Of a stretch of 64,000 nucleotides of DNA, positions 50,601 through 62,600 are shown in pieces; positions within the stretch are counted from its first letter, which is position 1; every line of letters starts with the position of its first letter. Below the pieces are notes generated by a model. It ran no database searches and was not told the origin of the DNA. It saw only the letters and a list, made by a program, of their open reading frames with translations. Source of the DNA: Fimbriosthenelais zetlandica (Eukaryota); contig OZ365112.1 of NCBI GenBank assembly GCA_977030845.1, forward strand, positions 13,020,001 to 13,084,000, read 5' to 3'. The position numbers and the translations under genes are program-made.

Positions 50601-53600
50601 TGGGTCTGCTTCACATAGACACCTATGGGACAGGGCCATGTGTGGGGATGGCAAGCCTCCCTTGGGTCTGCTTCACATAGACACCTATGGGACAGGGCCA
50701 TGTGTGGGGATGGCAAGCCTCCCTTGGGTCTGCTTCACATAGACACCTATGGGACAGGGCCATGTGTGGGGATGGCAAGCCTCCCGTGGATCTGCTTCAC
50801 ATAGACACCTATGGGTTGGGACCTTATTTGGGGATAGCAAGCCGCCGTTGGTCAGCTTCAAATACACACTGATAAACCATCAGAGCTATGATTTTGAGTT
50901 CCTTATATTAAGGACACCTGAATTCATATATATGGAGAAAAATCTTCTTTGCCATGTCATTTAGACGTTGTAGAGCCAATTCGTTTTGCAGAAATAGGTG
51001 CACAAATTTTTTTAGTCCATATGTGTCTACATGAAGCCCCCAATGGACGACGGTATTTATTTATTAGGTTTGAACACAGAAGCAATTGCTTCCTCAACAT
51101 GAATAATATTGATAATGATATTATAGAGTGTCTGTCACATCTAAATGTGTGATAGACAATATACTATGAATAAATAACAAGTAACTGAGGGTTTTTAATT
51201 TCCCTGGCTTGGCACAGACGGTAATGGACAACAGACGGCAACCATGTTCTATTTGTGGGAGAGTGGTCCATTTGTGGGGACGGGAGGCTTGTCCAAGCTG
51301 GAGACGGGTTATCCCCATCCACAACCCACTTATGGACCACTCATGGCAAGCCTTGTGCACATAGGGTACCAGTAAGTTAATGACACATAAATATACCCAA
51401 CTATCATCCTGTGGCCTTTCCCAGTGCAGTTTTGATTTAGGAGGTTAATATTGAGTTAATTCAGATTAATGTTTAATGAATTAACCAAAGGGCCGCTTTA
51501 TGGATATCAAGGTATCAATTAACCAGTTTATAGAGGAGTACAGACTTTTAATAGAGTAAATACGGTATACCACACGCAAACACATACATCTCCTACTCTC
51601 TCAACAATCCTTGCTTTTCACCCAGTACAAAACCATCACACTCACCACAGGAGCTTTCATGTGAACGTCAAAAAACATCCACCTACTTCAATTCAGCACT
51701 CTGAACAGGTTTCACCCCACTTTAGGAATCCCTACAAGTGTCAAAACAACTGTTTTCTCTACTCTGATATGTGACCTCACAATTCACGAATTTTCACGAA
51801 AAAAGAAAGGCCTCGCAATGCCTGAGGTAAAGATTACAATTAAGTGAAGTGAGATTAGTGGTTTAGATAACGAAAGAGCATAATGGTATAATTAAATAGT
51901 TTTCCTGCATTGTTTCCTAAGAGATTGGACCTACCAGTATAGCAGTGTTTGGAACCAGCATTACACCACCATTACCACTACTTGTACCAGCATCTGATAA
52001 CACGACTATCTCCATCAACCCCTATCCACCCCTATAGACCAAACGCACAAACACAATAAGAGAAAAATACACTCAACCTTTCTGCTCTTTTTTTATTTTT
52101 AAGCGATAGGCCGGCAGCTAGGTTTGTGCGTTATTCCTGCTACAATGTAATTGCTAATTTATTTTTCCATTTTCATCAGTATCTCATACTTTCACATTTC
52201 GTCCTTCTCTCCTGTCAATGTCTTAGCCAACTATCCCTTCTTTAAAACATCCATCTATTATTCTCTTACCTAATATAAAGTTACAAAACAAGTTATATCT
52301 CTATATTTAGGATATTGTAAAGAAATAGAGGAAAAGACACCTGAGATAGGGGTGGGGGTGTGAGTGGTGGGAGAGGAGGGGGGCACTTAACTATCTCAGG
52401 ACCCCTATCACTTTCCACCTTCATGCTAAACACATAATGCTTCCCCCATATTGCACGACCAGCATGCTGGGAAGTATGGGAGGGGGCAGCATGGGGCTCA
52501 GTCTATCTAACCACTTCAGAAGACTTATACCCCACCTCCATTTCAACTGAACAACACATAAACCATTATTGTTCACTCGTTTACTGCTTCCAAAACGAAT
52601 GGAACACCTTCGTTCACAAGTCAATAGCAAATGAAAACAAAATACAATGAAAAGCTTTTCTCTTGATATTGATTGGGCAAATATTACACAGGTGGAAACT
52701 GGGCTTAAGTGCCACTTTCCCTGAGGGTAGGGATTCCTACTGTTCACTGCCCGTAATAATGCAAATCGTGCAGAGACAACTACAGGTCTGCAAAGTATGA
52801 TAGGACTTTTCTATGACTTATTCATTTTTTCTGTCTAAAAGCAGCAGCCCAGCTCTTTGAAGTATTTATTTAGATTTCTCCATTATTCTAAAAGAGGAGA
52901 ATATTAAACATTGTTTTAAAGAATTAGCTGAATTAGTTTGTAGTCCGTCATATAAGTGCAAAAATAAATATTTGGATAAAATAGTTCATTCAAAATAGCA
53001 TGAGATGGTCTATAAAAACCATTAAACACTTCAAACAATCAGAGATCTGTGTGTAGCTATGGAAACATGGCTGGGAACACTTGCTGGGGCGGTATACATA
53101 GCAGCTTCTCACGACTCCCCAATGGGAAAGTTCCTATAGGTATTTTGCCCAACTCGATAGTCAAACTCTTTTTTGTTGACTTTAGAATTCAATGATTGAC
53201 AAATATATACCGCATGATTTTAGCCAAGTATGTTTAGACAAGCCTTCCAAGAATTCAAGGGCATCTAACACCACATATGTGAATTTAATTTTTAAATTAT
53301 GTTGTTACTTTTTAACCTTCTTATGAGGACCTCGTCGCAGAACGGGGACAAATGAATTTTACATTTATACAGGTTTTTATTTATAATGTACCCAACATTT
53401 TCCAGGAAGGGACAACCCGGTTTCCATGTCTTGCGGAAGTGAATGGGAAATATTGATGGAACACCACCAGAATGGGTTATAGGGCCCGGGAAATTGGCAA
53501 GGAAAATGTCACTTGACTATAAAGGAAATGATCGATTTCCACTGCTCGTTATCCCTGTAGGAACATAGTAGTATATCCATCCCTGGCCTAGATATATTTA

Positions 53601-56600
53601 TTGATCACTAAACATTTTACTGTCATGTAGCGAATTACATCGATTCCCAAGAATGGGTTATAAAAGGTTTCATCGCTGACCATGATGTTTCTCACTGGGG
53701 TGCCTTCTTTATCTCCCACACAACTGATCGAATACACTATGATACTATGATGTTTAAATTCTTTATATTCATCAGGATCATAACTGTTTTTATTCTGGCT
53801 CGCTTTGACATGTGACTAATTTATAGGAATTTATCATGCCATCGTAACAATTGAATTCATAGGACTGGTGAATTTCTTGGTGTATATATAATGGGATACA
53901 AATTTAATATGAGGCATAAAATGCCTGATTAGGACTCAGGTGCGGTCCTGGCCGCGACCTTAACGGGAAACCATTGGGCCTGGCCTAAGGATAGTAATTG
54001 GTGTATAATAGATGCACTCTATAGAACACTGTCCTTATGATGAAGGTATGGGTGCAATAATATTTGGAAAAACTAGGCTTCGCATAGAACCCTCAAGATA
54101 ACTCAACTATCATATTACAACCCCGCATATGAAGACATTATTGATCTGGCCGTGTTATTCTTGGGTGGATCATGCCTCTTAATTATTTGACACCATATGC
54201 TCATTAGGAGCAAAGGAATCTGACAGTCAGCCAATCAGTTTTTAATGAATATCCATGCGGCAAGTCTGCAGGTAATAATCATTTTCAGCTTTGCTGCCTT
54301 TAATTATAGATGCAGTAAGGTCAGTGTTAATCAGCATGTCATGCAGTTTCTAGCCGGAGCCTACCTATTAATTAATATTAGGAAAGAGACAGCTCTGAGA
54401 AGTTGCATCCTTGTTTTGAGAAAAGCCATGAATATGGTATATCTAATACTAATAGATTAGTTTTGTAATAGGTACTGAGGCTGGTTCTCAGAAGAGAATA
54501 CTGACATATCTGACATATCAACAAGAGGAAACCAATTCTTTATGTATAATGCAAGATTAACTTCAAGAGTTTATGACCGTGAATGAAATGGGAAACCATA
54601 CACGTAATAGTAATTACCAGATAGATGTAATAACTCCTAATAAAATAGTTGCATAACATGTGAGAGTGGACAAATCAACGGACTGACCGATGAATATAAG
54701 GACAGTCAGTGGTTAATGAGCTGACTAAGCATGTTTTCCAGGTAACCTGGTTTATAATGGGAGAAAATAACAACTATTGTGTATCATATTTGCTTAGAAA
54801 ATCGGTCAGACATCCATTGGTGAATTCTAAGTGGATGTACGCGTTTGGCTAACTATAAATTCAGACCAATATCTACCTGGCACAAGCCGTGCCAAATATT
54901 TGAAATGATCTCAATGTTGAATGTTTAACTTTATCTGACTACACATACATGTCCCATCCATAAAATTCCTTTATACATGTACATGGACAATAAAGGCTCC
55001 TATACATAACTCATAAATATTAATGCATCATAACAAGGTAACATATTGATGTTCTGTTAATTTTTGGGAGGAAAGTGACAAAGAAACCGGTCTATTAATA
55101 GGACCACTCCTGCTTACCTAATATAGCCAAAAGAAGCGTGACCTTAGGACAGGCATAGTCAACAAAGGCCATTTATAGCGGGTGGTCCCAGTAATAAAAG
55201 ACCATATAATTCAAGGTCACTCCTAGGTATTGCCGCATCAAGGGTTTACTAACACAAGGGACCAGAAAATCTTTAGTCGTTCTTTGTATGCACAGAAAAA
55301 TACATACTGAAATATTTTCTTGATTAGAATCTTCAGAACAAAGGTTGTTCTGTTTTCAATCAAGGGTGAAGATGTTATCATCATGGTCTTTTCATATTCA
55401 GAGACTTGTGGTACAATCTAAGGAAACAGGGCGACAATGGGCTGAATATATCATAACTTATAAGGTGTTTTACGGGTCATGCTGTGCCATGGCGATTTCG
55501 TATTTACATGTACATGGATACGCCCTCTCTTAAGACAAAATGAATGTGTTCTGGGTAAAAAAATATTACAATTTATGTCTTCTACTCCATATCAAAGGAA
55601 CAGCCCTCATAAAGGTTTTCATGTATGTAGTTCATGAAATTAAAAAAAACTCTGGCATCTTTTCTCGAGCCAATAAAACTTGCAAGGTAGAGTTGGTACC
55701 CCTCCCACAAAAAGGTCATTCATGACAGTGTTTTATGAACGTTTTGGAGTGTTTGGAATGAGTGGAGGGATTGAGAGGATTGTACTTTCTGCCCCAAGCA
55801 ACTACGAAAAACAAATGCAATTCCAACTATAACAAAACAAGCAGAAATAATAGACAAAATGAAAAAAGTGTTAAATAATTATACTGTCTCCATATAACTG
55901 ACATACTTAAGACAGATTATAATGGAGAGAAAGTGAAATGAATCACTCCGATAAAGAAAGTATTTAAGGGTTTTTTTAAGTACAACTTTTCAGATAAGGG
56001 GACAAAAATACTCACCACCATACCAATGGTTACGTTCCCTGTGACGTCTGCGTGACACGGTGGTGACATCACGGGTACAATGTTCTCCCAGATTGAAGAG
56101 GAGGTGACAGGGTTCATGTCCCTGGGGGGTACACTTCCACCCCACCCCTACTACTATCACTAGCATCACTCCTAAACCTGCAATCACAACAGTACAAGAT
56201 AACATTATTCAATTAGTAAAATAATTTGGACAATATCCAAATGGACTGAGGCAGGAAAGGGAAAATTAAGCTGGAACTCAGGTTTTTTTATATATAATTC
56301 CCTGCGTTATACACCATCTTTGTCTTTGACGAAACTTAGGGGGATCTTTAAGAGATATGAAACAATATAGTCTTACACTGAGCGATATCTCCAGCTTCCT
56401 CCATCTCAACCCAACCCAACTATATATTCTAGTGTCCCACTACCCTTAGCATAAAATGCTGCTCCCCCACTGTCACTTTGAATAGTCACTATCCAAGACC
56501 TCTTTAAGGGAATATTGAGGCAATGTTCTCTCCGACGAACTAATATTTACTATATACTGCCTATTGAAGAATCTCCAACTTTTTTTTATAATGTTTCAGA

Positions 56601-59600
56601 TAAAGAGGGCAAGACCATCCATGGAAAAATTCAAGAGCAAACAATTTCAAGGTGGACATGCAGCCAAATGACGTTTAATTGTCATAGAAAAATTGTATTT
56701 TTGTTTTCATTTTCTTTGTATTCAAATAGAAGAATCGTGACACAGGGTGTTACCTATAACCAAAACAATCCAGCTTTGTTCTGTTGTTGGTATGGAAACA
56801 AACCATTATTTACCAGCAGGGCTATAGGGGCTGAGGCATGCATAATGTTTTTGACGGATGTATTGTACTGCCCCTCGTCCAAGATCCCTGGTCAACGACT
56901 TGGACATAAGTTGCTTATAATACATACAGGTATAATATTGCTGATAGATTTTCGATGGATTTGTGGAGTTTTATTATATTTAATCCATCAAGTACACACA
57001 CCATAGTACGATGGCATCAAATATAACCTCAGTATGAAATTTATAATCAGAATTACTGGTTATATATGGCTAGGTTGTGTACTTTGTGTCTAAGCTCCTA
57101 TTAGAGGTTTTGGATAGTATGTCTGGAATAATTCCAGAGACTCTATGCACCACATACGGATCAAGTACCTAAGGTACAGCAAGTAGCAAGGTTGAAATGA
57201 GTGTTGAAAGTGCCATTATCTTGTTCCCAAAGTACTCTAGCCAAGGTTTCTGTACCTTTTATACTCGCCTTTGTTTGTTGGGCCATGTTTGACTAGTGGC
57301 TCATTTGTCATTAAGTGTTTGGGCATTGGTCTTTCTCAGCTCAGCGGTAACAATGTAATCTCCATCACATATGGTGAAAACAAAAGCAAATACCTATGCT
57401 AAATCTACTGTTTTTCTGTGAGAAAGAATGTTGAATGACAAGAACTGCCACCTGCATATAGAGGTATTGGTATGTGTATTTTTAATGGCCATAATGCATC
57501 TAAATAACGATTCACACTTGGTATATTATAATGTCGGTCGATCGTACCTGGCAGTATTTAATGTGTTTCAACCTCATAACAACTAAACAGGCTTTCTTTT
57601 GAACCACCTACATCTAATCCAACAAAAGCATCCACATATATAATGTGATGATTCATGACATGATGACTGGCATCTGGTAGGCAAAAAAAACTTTGAATGT
57701 AAACTGGACAATTCATTCCTTTAAATCTGACTCATCCTTTAAGCATAAAAGCAGAAAGAAATTTTGAAGGGTGAAGACTTATCCAAAAGACTGAGCCTTC
57801 TTATAGTGGACTGTTTTAAAAAAGAAGAATCCTGGCACCAGGGGGTGTCACTTGTTGACATTCAAGGATCACTGAAAATCCTTGAGAAGATCTGACTAAC
57901 AGTGACAGTGAGTACGAAATCTACGTTCAGTCAGATCTTGCAGAGCACACTGGGCCGAGCCCAACTAAAACATAGAAATCAGATTTTCTTAATAGCTATA
58001 TTTTAAAATGGAGATGTCTTATGTAGTACTGAAGGGAGAATATTAAATTCAGAAGAGAAAATGAGCGTTTCCTACCACCCGGAAGGAATTGAATTATGTT
58101 CACCACTGGTTTTTGGGTGAAGGCCCAGCCTGGGGCAGTGATAATGGATTAGCCTACATTATAGATACAATAGCAATGATCAAAGAGTGAGTTACATACA
58201 ATGGGTGCTTCAGATTGAAACCATCTGAGATGGGGAGTGCATGACATGGATTAAAGGGTTAATGCAGACAAAAAGTGGGTGGGATTTCCAGGCCATGGCA
58301 GCAACTCAGGCCAAAAGATAATCCTTTTGTGATTGGACTATCATGGCAGAAAAAACCCATGAAAACCGATTTGTCAGCAATTGAGTAATTTTTCATGAAC
58401 TTGAACTGAATGAATCATTTGAACATGCCATTCTATGATTCTTTCTCCCACTCAATCCATCCTCAATTCTTCATTTAATTTCACAGGGAATAAGCAGCTT
58501 TTGAACTGCCTTCAACTCAGCACTTCTTGGATTATCCACAGTGATTCTGGGCCTTTACTTGTATCTACTGTGAGTAGTTTTGTAGTACAGATGGGTTGGA
58601 CTAAAGACTGGAAGCACGTGGGTATGATCCCAGGTGTAAGACATCACTCTCCCTCCCTCTCCTTTACCCCAACCCGGGATTGGCAACAGCAAGAACCCTC
58701 ATAGTAAAATACAGTTTCACAGAAAGCAATTTTGCTGGGAACGCAGTACCTCCACCACATGGGAGGAAGCAAATGCTTTTATTTTAAATCACTGACATCC
58801 GTCGTTTATATGGGAGGCCACATGGAAAACAGCCACACAGAGTGGAACTGATACACAGTGAAAAACAGGGTGCATAACATCTCTGAATAGAAAAAAATGT
58901 ATAAGATTTTACAATCTTTCCACTTAAACAACCATATATTTATATTTGATTTCAAATTTCCCCCAGAGATCATAGGGCAGTATGGAAACGTAAATATAAT
59001 GTACTTGATCCTCGCTTTGTCTCTTAATGAGAAAAATTCTGGACCGTACAGGACCGCGTTCAACAATCTTCTCATATATTTATAATTACTTTAAGACCAT
59101 GAATCGTCTTCATTCCCCTATATATCTTATTACCTTCACCTTCATTGTAATACTGAGACATATCAATTTTCTCTCAATCTGCCAATGGAGAGCTTCAATG
59201 TGCAATCAAATCGGCGCTGTATAATTTATTCCCAATAAATCAATCAATAAAACAAATTAGGACCAGTGATCCACACACGATCCAACACAAGTCTGAGATC
59301 AAAGTATTGTATGAACCATCTGTTCCACCACAGTACTTCCCCTATATATACAGGAGCAGCCCAGGGCCAGGCCTCAGGTCCGGTAGGTGAGTGTAAGCAG
59401 CAATGATTTGAGGTAATTATCATCTCAGTAACAAGACACATGTTACAATGAGTAAACAACACTGTGACCAGATGGCAGCTGTGGTTAATAGAGACAGGTG
59501 GCTAAATGTGGGAGGTGGTGACAGGAATAAAACATAAAAGTTAACCCCTGAACTGAGAATGGACAGTAAGATCCCATAAAGGATAATCAGTCTGCGAGAA

Positions 59601-62600
59601 AGTGTGACACTAATGAACATCTCCCTTAATAAAATGCAGTTTAACCGAGAACAAGATTGAAGACTTATACACTAGGATAGAGGCCATTACTGATATGAAA
59701 AAGGATGGTATCAATTTACTTTTTCATTGTCATTACATAGGTTCACTGACGGTGGGACCACCACAGAGTTCCAAAGTACTCAAGAAAAGAAATGACAGCT
59801 ATAGTTGAAATGATACCCTTGAGGCTTTTGGGTACAGGGAGGGCGGGTACACCTTAGTTAGAAGAAATACTGTTTAGCAGACAGGGGGTTGTCGGAATTG
59901 CGTAGTACATGGATAGAAAATATAGAACACATTTCCACTGAATGTAACATAAAACCTTTTAAAGTCTGGGACATTTTACCCCTTCCCAAAAGGAGGTGCT
60001 TTGGTCCAATGTGGTTTACTGTCCTTGCAACTACACTTCTAAGAAAATCAACGTCTCTTTTTTGTCCTTGTTATTCAAATTTTAAATAAATCCAAGAAGC
60101 ATGATCCTCCATACTACCCAGTTCATTGAGAACTACTATCAGTGGGTCTACGCCTACACAGAATAGAGGCTTTACTAACATTTGAGATGATAAAAGAAAC
60201 AAATAAAATCTGCTGACAGCCAGATGTGGGTCAGAGTGAGAGAGACCAGAAGTCTAGAGCCCTACTACCAGAGCTGCTGGTAACTAACATGAAAATTGAA
60301 CCTCTTATGGGCCTACCTCTCAGGAAAAAAACATACAAAACTTACTACCGCTTCACTTAATATTATGACATATTTTTTACATTGAACCTTTAAAATAAAA
60401 AAAAAGAGCCACGTGCGGGGTAATTCGATTCCCTACTTAGAACAAAGAGTAAAATGTGATTTTACTCTAAGCTTAGAACCAGAGACTAAACCCACCTAAT
60501 CTCTGTTAGAACCCAAGGAGTGAATAGCATAACCTTCCTACACTCCTTGGGTCTTGGGAAAATTCATGTAGTGATTTGTGGAGATTTGTGTATGGGTACA
60601 TAGAGCTCTTGTTCTTGGACAGACTTTGAAGTGGTCATTGATGACCACAGAGAGTGTGACATGACCACAGGGATAGCTGATCTGTGCCCTAGTAGGACAG
60701 GGACTGACCGGTACTAGTACATCATAGAGGAATGTGGACCACAAAACCATGCAGTGTGAATGTGTGAGAATGAGAAAGGCTGTCCGTAGAGTAACTGAAG
60801 TCATTCATAGATTTTTAAATATAAAAGTATTTAAATAATCTTGCATTATTTTACATAATTCCTGGTCTGAATTCTAATATATCTTTAGGATAATTTAATA
60901 TAACATTAGACTCAAATTGAATGGTCCTCAGTTAGTATGCCTGATATCAATTTCAATCAGGAAATAGCTATCACTTTGATCATAATGAGCGAAATTATTC
61001 ATTACTCATTTTGATACATTAATGGACCATAAAACAAGAACACACCTTCCATGATTTAGGCTATAGATTTCATCTATATGGTGGTACTGGCCATAATATA
61101 GATCTATATAATTATGTTGTACCATGCATTTGATGGGCAATATAAATAGAAAGTAACTTCTGGGCTATCACAATCCAGTACTTGAAACTTAAAAGACCAA
61201 AAGGGAAGTAGGCGGTCATCTCAACTTCAAGCCTTATTATTTTAAGGGAAAGGTACAAGCATAGAGAGGCTCAGGGGACATTAACTGTTAGAGTAGAATT
61301 ATCTTTGTATGGAAAAGTTATTCCAACCAGGCTCTCAATCTCCCTGTCAGGCCTCAAGGGGACAAGGGTCAGGTAATAAGTGTTGCTCCCCATCCCATCC
61401 ATTACTACAAAAACAACACATAACCCACATTTTTAGATGGGTGTGTGTATTTAGTTGACATAGGCGGCACGGAATGAAGTTGATACTATGCTTGGAATGT
61501 TTATCTAAAAAACAAAGCTCATTTGTTTCAACACTCACCACTTACTTTCTCACAATGTCAACTAATAATGTATTTAAATTTTCCCAGTAGGCCTATGCAG
61601 AGAGACTAGTGGTGTACTCTCTGGCCTATGTAAAACTTGTATATTAATTGAAAACTTTATTTGATACACTGAACACGTGGACCTGTGAGGCACCCAGCAA
61701 TGTGTTTCCCATCTATTATAATTTAAACATGGCAATAAATCAGAACTAAAAACATGCAGTTAAGAGGCACATGAAAATGAAATCAAGGAGAATCGTGACA
61801 CCAGGTTTGTGGTAGCCAAACAAATAAGTTGGACTCTTGTCCCTTTAACAAATAGTCTCAATTCCTTATCTCTACTCGAGGCTGGGGAACTAAAATAAAC
61901 AGACCTCTATCAAATGGGATGGAAATTCTAGAAACATCTCTGAACCAACAGTCAAGTACTCTAATCCGGAAGGGAAAATGTAAATTTGTGCTTTGTGCTT
62001 ATCGGATTTGGTGGTGATTGTACCAATTTCTTATCGTGGATTTTCATCAAAGATCTGGTGGTTCAAGTTTTGGGAGATATCCAACAGAGGAGATGCACCA
62101 AAGAATAGATGGTGTTGTGAAGAGGTCAGAGTTCAGATATATAAATGAGCATTTGAGAGACAGATTGACCATCTGGTGTTATTATCAACATGTTTAAGCA
62201 CATATATCAACACTTGGTCCGGCTATAGTGACCTCTGTACATCATGAACCACTCCTACACAAACATCCATCTATATACCTCATGTGTGTGTGTCTATACT
62301 CATTGCTATGTTCTATTTAGTACAACTCCTTAGTTTTAGAATGGAAAGTCTTTGATGTGCTGCATTGAGCAAAGGTCGCCAGAGAGGTTGACATAGAGTT
62401 TGCTTAAACGAAAAGACAGGGGTCAGTGTGTGGGCAAAAATAGCCCAGGTCTATTCTGACTCATTCTATCTTCTTTCCAAATATCTATTTGACAGCTTGC
62501 TTCTTGTTACCTCACCCTTTCCTCTGATCCTTTCATTTTTTCTCTCGGCTTTCTTTTCATCCCCATCGTTTTATTTTTCATTAATTTCCTGTCCCAGCTA

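Larger units (their letters stand above)
45852..51366. mobile_element. Non-autonomous or decayed TIR DNA transposon, CMC/EnSpm-like (CCC...GGG ends, 2-bp TA flanks)
   Basis: TA|CCCTATGTGCACAA at 45850-45865 and TTGTGCACATAGGG|TA at 51353-51368; repeat arrays near both ends. Superfamily is inferred from terminal features only. Confidence 0.75.

Noticed and set aside
50094-50964. ORFs in the 62-bp array
   Set aside because: The unit length is not a multiple of 3; repeat artefacts.
56515-57006. 163-aa plus-strand ORF antisense within an intron
   Set aside because: TTG start, no domain, composition like non-coding AT-rich DNA.
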